Positions 25,591 to 39,015 of a stretch of DNA of 64,000 nucleotides are shown here, piece by piece. The first letter of the stretch is position 1. Each line of letters begins with the position of its first letter. The notes beneath the pieces are model-generated. The model made no database searches. It was given only the letters and a program-made list of their open reading frames with translations, and was not told the DNA's origin. The stretch lies in contig MCFH01000047.1 of assembly GCA_002104945.1 (NCBI GenBank), positions 384,338-448,337 on the forward strand, read 5' to 3'. The DNA comes from Piromyces finnis finn. Taxonomy: Eukaryota; Fungi; Neocallimastigomycota. The position numbers were made by a program, and so were the translations under genes.

Positions 25591-28589
25591 TTTACCTATT
25601 CAATTTATTCCAGTATTAATAAATATATTGAAAAAATTAAATATTATATTTTTTAAAAAAATATTTAAAAAAAAAAAAATAAAAATTAAAATTTTAAAAT
25701 CCAATCATTTAAATTTCTAAAATCGCTAAATTTATTATATAATTATAAATAAAAATAAATATCAATAGATTTATTGATTTCCTACATTTTGACATGTGAT
25801 ATTGAATTTTCACATGAACTTAACTTGCTTAAGTAGTTTTAATTAATCTATTTAAAAATCTGGTAATTAAATTAGTATAATATATATATTACAGATATTT
25901 TTTTTAATTAAAATTTATATTAAATAAAAACAAATTTTTTTATCAAATATATAGTTATTTCAATCCAACATTTAAAATTAATGTTTAGTAATAATACATA
26001 ACTACACATATTATAAATATAAATACAAATAAAACTACATTATTGAATAAATCATTTATTTAAACTTTTTAAGTTTTTTTTAAAAAAAAAAAAAAGATAA
26101 ATATTAGTAACTTTCTTTATAAAACTAAAACTTGTTGAACCTAAATACATTTTATAATAATAATTTCACAACTAAATGAGTGATACTACACAGTTCATTT
26201 AAAATAAAATCAATTTATTAAAGAAATAAATGTAATAAACACTTCAAAAAAATATAATAGAAATATTATTGAATTGAAATTAATGAATATACATTTGATT
26301 AAATTTAATTATTAAATATGACATAATATACTTTATTTAAACCAAAAAATAAATAGTAATTTCCTTACTTAATAATAAAATATTGAATAAAATGACTTAA
26401 TAAATAAAAATAAAAATAATTTCATATTTAATACAACTATGTATTGAAATTGAAATATATTATGCCTATATTGTTTTTTTTTAAGTTAATACATTCTTAC
26501 ACTATTTTATTATGTTTTTTTTTCAAATTATAAAAAAATTAAATGTTTCTAAAATGTAAATAAAATTTTGTTGACAATTTTATAATTGTTAGTATACAAA
26601 TTTTTATATAATCACATGATTTTTTGGAAATATTGATTCATTTTTATTTTATTTTTATTTACTTACTTTATTCATATAGTATTTTCATTTAACATTATTA
26701 ATAATAGTTATAATAGTAGTATAGTAGTATAAAATCTCTTAATATTATAATAATTATATTTTATTTAATGTTATATATAATTTATTATTTCAACAACAGT
26801 ACTATAATTTTTGAAATTAATAAATTTTTATAACTTAAATTTAATATCAATTTATAAAAGTAAACCAAGTTATTCAATTTTTCCTTTTAACATAAATTTA
26901 AAATTAAATAGATAAAATGAATATAAAAGAATAGTAATCGTGTTTTTTTTAGAAAAATATTTTTAAAAAACAAAAAATAAAAGATATTTATATTTATACC
27001 TGTTGAATAACAAAAAAATAAAACAACTTTATTTCAATTTAAAATCTAACCCTAACCCTAAATTAAAACTAATCATTGGGGTTAGATTATATATAAAAAT
27101 ATAATAATAAATATGTTATTTTTAACAGTCTTGATAATATAAACATTTAATATCAATAATTAACCATTTTTAATAATTCACAAAATACTATTTAAAAAAA
27201 CAATTATTTATTATTGTATAATATTTTTTTATTAATTAGATAATATTAGAGAAATATATAATATATAACTTGAAAAGTAAACTATATAAATTTATTATAA
27301 ATGTTAAATAATAGCTAAGCAATCTATGCAAACTTTATTTAATCTTTTTTAGTTACTATTATTAATGATAAAAAGAATGAAAACCGAAAATGTATAATTA
27401 AAGAAAATTTTATTGTACTACATTTTTTTATTTATAAAATTGTAAAAAGAATTTTTATTTAAATCTAAAATAAAACATAAATAAATACGAAAATTATCAA
27501 TTATTTTAATATTTCAACTAACTTATAATATTTTATTAAAATTCTTTTTTGTTTTTTTTTTTTTTTTTTTAAAAAAATCCTTTAATTAAATATATTTAAT
27601 AATGTAACAATTGTAATATGTTAAGTGTGACAGATATTATATTACTATTTTTTTTTTTTAATTATTTTTAGTTATTGAATATTAAAAATGGCAAAAAAAA
27701 AAAAGGAACCATATACATTGCATGTACTACTTATGTAATTAATGCAATAATCGCAAAGTTTTTTTTTTAATTTTAATTTAAATATTAATAATATTTATAA
27801 TAAAACTTTTAAAATTTTATAGTTATGATAGTGTATTAATTGAAAGTGTGACATTTTCTTTTTTTATTATTTTATTTTTTATTTTAATTGTATTAGTTTT
27901 GTTAGTTAGTTATTTAATATATAATTAAAATATAAAATATTAGTAATTTAGTGTGAATTATTTATTATTTATTATCATCTGTTATTTATTATTATTATTA
28001 TTTATATTTTTTTTTAATTTTATTTTTTTACTCTTATTATTCTATAGAAAGTTTAAAGATTTTTTTTTTTTAATATTTGAAATGAGTTTTTAATTAAATT
28101 GTTTTAATTAATTTTTATTTTAAAAAAAAAAATTAATTAAAATATATGAAGTTAAAAATATATTTTAAAATTTTTTTAAATTAAATTATAAATATTTTAG
28201 AAAAGTAAAAAAAAAAAATAATATTAAATACGACATGAAGATGAATTATTAAATAAGCAGAATAAAAACTATTAATAATATAAGGAATAAAAGTATTAAA
28301 ATAAATATAAAATTATTAAAATTTAATTAATATTATCATATTATAAATGCATTTTATATTTAATTATTTATTTATTTTATTTTTTTTTTTATATTTTCGT
28401 TATTTAAATTTTTATTTTAAATTTTTATTATCTTTTTTTTTTGTAAAAAAAGTTAACTTATAATAATATTATAAAAATTAAATTTAAAGAAATATAAAAA
28501 ATATAATATGTTATTATACATAATAACATATTTTTGAGAATATAATATTATATCATATATATATTTTTGATAATAATCTAATAATCAAT

Positions 28590-31046
28590 ATGAATTTTAC
28601 CTCTTTTTATTTATCAAAACAATATTCAGATGTCACGCTTTCATTTACTCCTTTACCAAGTACATCATCGACACCTAAAGTTATTAAATGCCATAAAATT
28701 TTATTAGCTGGTTATTCTGGTTTTTTTGATGATCTTTTTTCAGGAAAAATATCAATGAATAAAGGTGAATATGCTGACTATATATTACCATTCCCCGATC
28801 CAGGAAGAGCATTTGAAGTAATTTTTATATATTTATATATAAATATGTTTTTTTTATTTTTTTTTATTTTTAATTGATTAATTAATATATATGAAATATG
28901 AAGATTGCAATGTGTATAAATATTTCAATTTGTTTAACATTATATTTATATATCTTCAACATTAGGAATTATTACAATTTATATATTCTCAAAATATAAA
29001 TATTACTTTGCAGAATTTCCTTTCTTTTATTGAACTTGCTGAATTTTTACGAATGCCTGAACTTTTAGTTAAATTAAGAAAATTTGTTAGTACAACAATT
29101 ATTCCAGAAATAATTACACCAAGTCAAATAAAAGGTATTTTACATCAAGCATTTGAATATGCACTTTCTAATGAATGGATAGAAAAATTATTAAGTTCTG
29201 CATGTTTAATTTTAAAAGAAAATTTAATGGATATTGATTTAAACATTGTTCAAATAAATCAGGAAAAGGGATTAGAAAAGAAACATTTTACTTTTAATTC
29301 TATTAGAGATAGTATTTTAATTAAAATACCATTTCCTAATTTTCACTTTCTTTTAACTAAGTTATTAAATGAAAAAAATATTGACGTATCAATTAATAGT
29401 TTATATAAATTTATTCAAAGATATGTTATTTTACATACAGAAGGTATTAAATATATGTCATCATACATGTATCCCGATGCTGAGGTTAATTCAAAATTAG
29501 AAATTAACCAAGAACAAATTGGAATCTTATTTAAATATATTCGTTTTTCACAACTTTCAATTAAAGAATTGGAAGAAGCAATATCTGATTCTATTGTTCC
29601 AAGACATATTATTATTGAAGGCATGATGGATAGATTAAGAATATTAGATAATATTTCTAGTAACAATTCAACTATTAATATGAATGAAAATTATTCAGAT
29701 AATGATAAATATCGAACTGGGAAAAATAATTCAAATTCTAAATCAACTACAGATATTATTAATAGTTATTTAGTAAAGGATGATGATAATGAAAGTTATA
29801 AGAGTATACCAAAAGAAGAAGTTTTTGATTCTGAATCAAATAAAAATTATGTTATGAATACCATATCATACTCTAATAATGGAAGTATAAAAAGTCCAAG
29901 TGTCTTAATGAAAAATGGTATACAAATTATTAATGATATATATTAATAAAGATATATAATAATTTAACTATTATAATTTTAAAATTATATTAATATATTA
30001 TTTTTTTTTTCATTTTTTTACATACAATTTTTAAAGATTTTAAAGATAGTGCTATATCTTTAGATGATAATATACCACCATCACCAAGATATATTGTATC
30101 AAATAATTCAAATGTGTATATGAATTCTCCAGTATTTAATCCACCACCACCACCAGAAAATTCACCACCAAAAATTCTTAAAACTTCTAATAAATTTAAA
30201 ACACGAGATAATAGTATAATATATCAAGGTATATTATTAAATATTTAAATAATTTACTATTAGTGTGAAATATTTTAAATATAATAATATTTTCAATTAT
30301 ATATATATTTTATTTATTTTATATAATTACTAATCAATCAATTCGTTTATCTATTCTTATTCTTATTTTTAGATAATGAAAATAAGTCAATCTTAAAGAA
30401 TAAGAGAAATACATCAAATATGGAAAATTTCCCAATTTATGTTAATATTAAAAAAGCAAATAGCGAAAAAGAAATTATGGATAATGGAATTAATGATGAA
30501 GAAACTTTAGAAGAGTATAGTGAAGAAGCAAGCTTTATGGATTCACAATCTATCCCATTCCAACCAATTGATGTAACAAATACAAATACAAATACAAGTA
30601 ATAACAACAATAACAACAACAATAATAACAACAATAATAACGATATGAAAATTCCAGCATTTCCAAAATCTATTATGAATCATAATAATAATTCAAATTA
30701 TTCAATAAATAGCATTAATCAAGTATCATCTCCTCGTGATAGTTTTGTATCTGTTATAAAGCCATTTAATGAAAATAAAAGAACAGAGTCACCAAGACCT
30801 CATGTAAGATTTAAAGATGTAAGAGATACTTCAATGGATTCATCCATATTAGGTCCTGATGAATATGATAAAAAATATGATGAATTTAGAAAAAATATTA
30901 AAAATCCAGAAGAAAATAATGGATTTAAAGTACTTAATGTAAGACCTGGTAATGAGTTTCCAGAAATGTTTAATTCACCGAAACAAAGTTTTACATCAGG
31001 TATAACCAAAAAAAGAAGGGATTCTTTTTTTAAAAAAATGTTTTGA
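28590..31046 (+). CDS. BTB/POZ(-BACK-like) domain protein with long disordered C-terminus
   Basis: YSDVTL...IKCHKILLAGYSGFFDDLF BTB start, then FLSFIELAEFLRMPEL and LFKYIRFSQLS. About four exons with GT-AG borders. Confidence 0.75.
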
Positions 31047-31443
31047 GATATATTAATTAAAGATAAAAAAAAAAGCTTAAACAACTAATCATTAAAAAAA
31101 TAAGTTGATAAAAAAATTAATTAAATTAATTATATATATATATATATATATACATACATATATGCACAGTTTTGAAAATATATATGTATATTTAAAATTT
31201 TCTTATTCTATTTTAGTTATATAAAAAAATAGTTTAAATTATAATTTTGACATATAATAATAATGTTATTTAAAATTTGAATAATTTTTATTTATTGTTT
31301 ATTTATCTCATGTATATTTTATTATTATATTATTTGATAGTATAAATAATATAGAAAAATAAATTTTTTAATAATATTTTTTATCATATATATTATTATT
31401 AAATAAAATTTTGGTTATTTAAAACGATAATTATATATGTGTT

Positions 31444-34400
31444 TTACAGTATACTAATAGGAATAATTTGATATACACCATTTATAAAATCTATTCTTAT
31501 TTTTAGGTCTAGTTCCTTTAATGAATTGTACGTTTCAATTGAAATATCTTTTTTTAATTTAACTGTTATTAATTTAGTTTCATAAGCCCTTAGTTGTATT
31601 ATTATATTATTGTTCACTATTATATTCCTTTTTTGATCATAGTAAGAATTTGTTGAATTGTTTATTATATCATCAACAAATATATTATTTGTATATCCTA
31701 ATATAATATTATCATTTGAAGGCATCATTTTAAATATATAAACCTGAAAAGAATAGATTATATTAGAAAAATTAATATTACAGAAAAGTAGTAATAATTA
31801 ATTAAAAAGATAATTTTAAATATAATAAACATACATTTTCAGACGGATTGATTATATTGAATGTTTTCATTTCATCTTTGTTACTATATTTTAAATTAAT
31901 ATGATAATAATCAAGATTGTTTTCAAATTTAAGTCTTGGTACGGTAATTATTCCAAATAAATGTAATTTTGTTATTGATACATCATTTATTATATCCCTT
32001 ATATCATCATGATTAAATTGTTCTTTTTCATTAATTTTTGAATCATTCTCATATGTTAGTCTTGAATATAATAATCCATCATAAATACCTTCTGCTGTAT
32101 TTTTCATACTAACTTTAAATGTCATTTTCTCATTTGATTTAATAGTAGCAATTTTTGGTTTTATATCAAAAATGTCATATGTGTTATTTTGATATTTTTT
32201 TAAGAAAGCATTCATCATTTCTGCTTCTTTTTTCTTAATAATATCAATTTCAGATTCTATTTCTTTTTTATTTTCGTCTTCATTTTCTTTTAATTTAAAT
32301 GAATTTGTTCCAGTAAAATCCAATGTTAAAATACTAATGTTTCTTGAAGATATGGAATCAATTTCTTCACTATTATTATAATTGTTACTTTTGTTAATTT
32401 CATTCGATTTCAAAGTTATTGAATTTACTATTTCTTCAGAATTATTACTAATATTATTGCTACTACTACTACTACTATTACTATAATTATTATTATTATT
32501 ATTATTATTTTCAGTAAATGATGTTTGATTACAATCATATAAACTATTAACACTTTCTATTAGTAAATTATCATTATTACATAATAGATTGCTATTACTA
32601 TTTTTGTCACCTTCAAGTATTTGTTTAACTTCTAAAACTTCGGAAGATATGGTTGTTACCTTTTGCAATAACTCTAACGACATATTTATTAATTCATTAT
32701 TTTTATTTATAATTGATTTAAACTCTTTAGATTCATTAATATTTGTTTTACTTATTAAAAATTCCCAAGATAATGTAATATTTTTAGGTGATTCATTTAA
32801 AATACATATTGTTTTTGTTACTTTATTATTATTGTTAGAAATATTTAAATAATCATCTTTATTAAAATCAACATTTGAAGATGATATCAAACGAGTAGAG
32901 AAAAATAGTTCTTTTATATCAGAATCATTTTCTCTTGGAGATAATAAATTAATATAAGTGAGTGGAACACCTTTAACTTCCATTGTTACAGGAATAGTTT
33001 TTTCAATACCATTACTTACTTTTATTGTTAACATATCATTATATATACCAGAAATATTATTATAGGCTGTTACTTCAATGGTGACTACATCATATGGTTT
33101 TAATATTCCCGTTCTTGGAGCAATCTTAAATCCGACATCATATTTATCAAAAATAATTTTATTAATATTTTTAATATTTTCTTTCTTTGATATTTTTTCT
33201 TTAATATATCGTTGACCATTTTCTGAATAAAAGTACATTTTTTTATCATTTTTAGGTTTAAGAATTAAACCTTTTGAGTTTGATTTATTGTCATTATCAT
33301 CAATTGCTTCATAATTTATATTATATTTATCAAGTGAAATTTCAAATTTTGATTCCACTTGGAATGTATTAATGATTCGTATATATTTTGTGTAAGATGT
33401 AAACAGTTTACAATTGTTTCCATAGTTTAAACAATTATTTTGATCGATAATCTTATTTTCGAAATCTTCAATACTATTATATATTTCAATATTAACATCT
33501 AATCCTTTAATATCTAAATTAAAGTTTAAACTTAATTTTCCGTTATTTTCTACCATTCCATCGATTATCGCATTAATAACAATATCATCAAAATTTCCAA
33601 TATTTCTTCCTTTAACATACATTTTAATATTAATTTCGTCATCACCTTTTATTACTCCTTCATCTTTTTCGAATTTAATATCAATGTTATTATTATTTAC
33701 AGGTAATATTTTATAATGAGTTGGCAATAAAGTAATGTTTTTTAAAGTCACAAATAATTCTTTTTCAATATTTAGATAACATGTACAATTTTCTCTTCTA
33801 TTATTATTTAAAAGTAATACTTTAGGTGTTAATACATTAGCTTGTAATCTTATACTATGAGAAAGAAATTTTTGTGGTGAAAGGACAAATTCATTATTTT
33901 GAATTACATCTTCTGAATATGCGTATTTTTCATTAATTAATTCACAAACAATTTCTCCTCTGAATAGTTGATACCATAATGGAATAAATACTATATCAAT
34001 TTTTATACTTTTCTTTGATTCTAATAAACCATTTTTTGGTTCAAATAATGCTAAATAATCACATTTTTCTTTATTTTTGGTATACAAGTTTATTTTCCAG
34101 TTAATACGACTATTAGAATTATTAGTAAAGAATAAACATTCTTTTGCACATGAACCTAATTGAATTATACCAAAATCAATAATTTTCTTATCAAATATAA
34201 ATGATCCTAATTTATAATTTATCTCACCGTTAATATTTACAATTACTTTGTTTGATTTATAATTATTAAAATAAATCATTATATTCCCTTTAAATTTTCC
34301 AGGAAAACTACCTTTTATTGATAAATATAATTTTACACTAGAACCCGCTTCAATAATACCATTAGAATTACTTAATTTCATTGAAACAATTTCTATAGAT

Positions 34401-37135
34401 TCATTGTTTAGTGTTGATGTATAAGAAATTGCCGCTTTACCAGAATTGTAAATGCTTACTTCCTTTACATAATTTTCATCAACACTAAGTGTTCTTGGAA
34501 TATTTATTATTGGAGGAATAACCTCAGTTTTGACAGGTTCTGCTTTTCCTTTACACCTTATACAAATAATCTCATTATCATTAAGATTATCTTCAATTAA
34601 ATTTAAATGCTTATTATATAATAGTTGTGCGATAATGTCATAGTGTTTATAATTTTTTGGTTTAAATTTAAACTTAAATTCTATTATTTCTTGAGGTTTA
34701 AATATTACTTCTTGTGGGAATATTTTTAAGACTTTCTTACCAATATTATAATTTTGTGTATTAACTTTATTATCCTTTTTACTTTTTTCCTCAATTAAAT
34801 TTTTAGTTTTTATATTATTATTTAATATATCACTATATTCATCATATATATTATTTTTAGTTGGTAAATTGTTAACATTCATTGAATTGATTGGTGTATC
34901 TATAATATTCCATATTACAGGTAACATTACATCTGTCATATTTTTTAATTTAACTATTTTTATTATTTCGGAATTAATATTACATGTATCAAAGTCCATA
35001 ACATTAGAATATATAATTTCTTTATTTGTATTTATATCAAGATAAGATTTTTTTTCTATTAATTCATCATTACTTTCAATTGCTATACATGGTTCTTGTA
35101 CTATTCCTTTTATAGTAATTTCTTGTTTTTCGCAATTATCCCAAGCCAAGCATATTCTAAGATCTTCTATATAACTTAAAGCTTTATTATTCTTTTTAAA
35201 GTCTAATTTATATTTCGGCTTATAATATACTTTTAAATGGATTTTTTCATTTTCTTTTATTTCGCAATATCCTGGTACAATTTTAAAGGATCCTTTTTTA
35301 TATATATAATTTTTGTAGTTGTTATTTAATTTGATATCATGAAAAGTTTCACATGATCTAGAATCATCCCAATCAATTATTATAAATTTTCCTTTACCAC
35401 CAGAATTTTTAATTATAATATCTGTTGTTGATGCTGAATTTACAATACAAGGATTACAATTTAAAACAGGTGGTATATCTATAATTGGTTCTTTAATTTT
35501 TGCTAATACATTTATTAGTAATTTATCACCAAAGGAAGATGAAACATTGACAGTTGCATAATGTGCTTTTAATGATAAAGGATTAAATACTATTTTAAAA
35601 TGTGCACTTAAACCTGGTGAAATCAATCCGTTTTCACCAGGAGAATATATTTTATAAATTCTAAAAAATTTTTCGTTTTCTTCTGATTCAAATGTTACTT
35701 GAATTCTTTGAGTCTCATATGTTACATTTTTTATTATAATAATTGCTGAGTATGATTTATAAGGCTCGAAATTATCAAAGCATATTTTTGATGGATATGC
35801 AACTAAGCCTATTTTATTATATGTACTTTTATATGTTGATAATGTAGTTGACAATGTATTTGATAATGTCATTTTATTCGAGTATTTACTTTCACTTTTA
35901 AGAAGGCTTTTATTTTTATTAATATATTTTTTCGAAATTGAATTATTTTTTCCTTTACTTTTGATGTAATTAATTTTTTCTTCAAAATTATTATTAACAA
36001 TTTGTTCAACTTCATATATATTATGGAAACTATCTTCATTATAATCGTTATCAGCATTAGGTTTTAAACTATTACTAAATTTTGAAATATTTGAATTTAT
36101 CATATCATTTATTTGGTTATTTGACCAACATATTAGATTATTTCTTTTTAAAATATTATTATCAAATTCAGGAACTATATATTCAGTTGGCCATGATAAA
36201 TTTTGATAAATCGGACCATAATAATTTATTATATTGATTGTATTTTTGATATTTAAAGTCTTTAAAGAATCCCATGAAGAATTAATAAAATCTTTAGTAT
36301 TTATTATGTCTTTTAATTTATTTTCAGATGTAGTAGTAATGTCATTTATTTTATCTTCGTATTCCTTTTCTATTGTATTAATATCAATATTTGATGAAAC
36401 ATTAAAATAAGTAAAACAATTATCTTGATTTGAAGGTGATTTCATATATTTGAATATGCTATAATTTGAAGTATTTTTATTTTTATTTTTTTCTTTAAGT
36501 TTATTGTTTAATAAGTCATTAACACAATTTTTATTTATATCTTGAGAATTATATAATGAAGATGTGTTAGAGGAATCTATTACTTTACTATTTCCTTTTT
36601 TCACCCAAATGCTTGATTTAAAATTATTCTGAAGCTTATTTAAATTTTGTTCTAATTTATCTAATTCGTTTTTTATATCCCATTCTTTGTAAAGAATCGT
36701 AGAATTATTAAAGTCCAAATGATCAAAATTCTTATTATAATAGTGAGAATAAATCGAATAATCTATTAACTCCTGTATTATCTCATCGATAAATTTATAA
36801 ATCTTTTTTTTTTCCCAAAATTTTAAGATTTTATCTTTTTTAATGTTATCTAAGTCATCATACATATCTATATTTTTACTTTTATTAATTGGTGAATAAT
36901 CTTCATTAATTGAGCCATAATATTTACTTAATTTATTGTTATATTCATCATTTATCTTTTTAACATAATCTTTTGTTCTATTACTTATAAAAATATCTAA
37001 CTGTTCCTTTTCTTTTTTTTTTTTTAGCTTTAATTCTTTCTTTTTTATATTTTTTCTTTCAAGTTCTATGTCTTCTAAATTATTAGGTATTTCAACTAAT
37101 TTTATATTTCCATCATTTTGTATAATACTTTCCAT
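31444..37135 (-). CDS. DLEC1: DLEC1/CFAP81 homologue (ASH/Ig-like repeat axonemal central-apparatus protein)
   Basis: The 1777-aa exon contains AYPSKICFDNFEPYKSY...GLISPGLSAHFKIVFNP...EPIIDIPPVLNCNPC...IKNSGG, which recalls the DLEC1 core, plus repeated Ig/ASH-like modules. An intron (31744-31834) precedes the final exon 31444-31743. Confidence 0.8.
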
Positions 37136-37360
37136 TTTTTTTATTTTTATATATAAAAAATATATATAAATATATATAAAGTAAATGTAAAAAGTATTTA
37201 ATAAAATTTTTATTATATTAGTTTATTATTTTTTAAAAAGTTCATTATTTTATTATATTAAATAATGATAAATTATAATTTATAATTTAAAAAAAAAAAA
37301 AAATTTTTTTATAAAGTTATTTTATTTTGTAAATGATATAATATAGAATTATATATAAGG

Positions 37361-37420
37361 AATTTTATACATATTTATATATAAGATTTTATACATATTT
37401 ATATATAAGATTTATACATG
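37361..37420. repeat. About 24-bp tandem repeat (ttttatacatatttatatataaga, x2.5) upstream of DLEC1
   Basis: Direct visual match of adjacent units. Confidence 0.7.
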
Positions 37421-37535
37421 TATTTTAATATTTTACATTATGAAGAATGAAATAAAAAACTCCGATTATAAAAAACTTTAATAGATTTTATTTTGTATGT
37501 AACGTTTCACAAACAATAGTTATTATTTTAGTTTA

Positions 37536-38934
37536 TCAAATTTTTGGTAATTTATTCTCCTTATTTTCATAATTGATATTTAGAGCTTTTATATAATTTA
37601 TTATACTATCATTATTATTTTTAATTTCAGGAAGAATAATATATGGATTTTTATTATTCAATTTATTTGGTTTAAATGATGTATTATTATATATTAGGGT
37701 TTCTATGAAAGAATCTTTTCTAATATTAATATCATTTTTAATGGAATTATCATTATCATAACCATTATTTTCAGTCCATATTTTTGTATTTTCTTCCGTG
37801 TCTTCTTTATTCAAAAATAGTTTTTTTTTTCTTTCACTAATAATATCCTAATGTATTATTCATAATTAAAATTCAATATTAATAATGTTTAATGTATTAT
37901 ATATGCTAATAAGTATTATTTACTATACATTATAAAAAAAACTTGTGTTTTTAGTATTTTGTTTTACACGATTATATCCTTTTTCATTAAATACATTTAT
38001 TAAATCATTTTTTGAGTTTATTCCAAAGTAACCTAAAACAATCCGTGATATTTTTCTATAGATTATTTTTATAATAATATTTTATTATTAATTTTTTCTT
38101 CTTTTTTTTTTTGAATGTTATAATTTATTATTAATATATTTAATATGTTTACATACGTTATATACGGATTTTCGTCATTAAGTAAAGATAGAATAGATAG
38201 TATAATGTCATCATTAATAATATTGTATAAAGGTAATGTAGCCAACACAAAAAATCTTATCTAAATCAATTGAAAAATATAAATTATTTATAATATTAAA
38301 TAAAATGTCAAGGGTTAACCCTAAATATATCATTATTTTTTAATATTTACCTGCCAGTATGGACTGACAATAAAATCTAATAGTTTATCAATAATAAAAT
38401 TGTCTACATCCACAATATCAAATTCAAAAGATTTATAAATGTGAGGTAGTAATTTAATAATTTCACATTTTTCATAGATTGGCACTTCAAAATTATATAA
38501 TATATCGAAAAAAGAACAAAATATCTGTTTAATAGATAATGAATTTATAGTATTGAAGAGATTTTTCGAGTCATTTGACTCATTTTGAACTGAATTATTA
38601 GATGAAGTCATTTCATTATTAGTAATGTTATTGTTATAATTATTACTATATATTTTTAGTTCCGTTTCATTATTATAGTTTTTATTAAAATAATCATTAT
38701 TTCCTGGTATTTTTGAGTAACAACCATTAGCTGTATAGTAATTAGTAGTATTATTCGATAAGTTTTTATTATTATTAATAGTATTATCGAAATCATCATG
38801 CTTTATATGATTCCATACACTTTGATTATTATTATCATGGATTTTTTCATTATTACTATTACTATTACTATTACTATTACTATTACTATTACTATTACTA
38901 TTACTATTATTACTATTATTATTATTACTATTAC

Positions 38935-39015
<81 letters not shown>

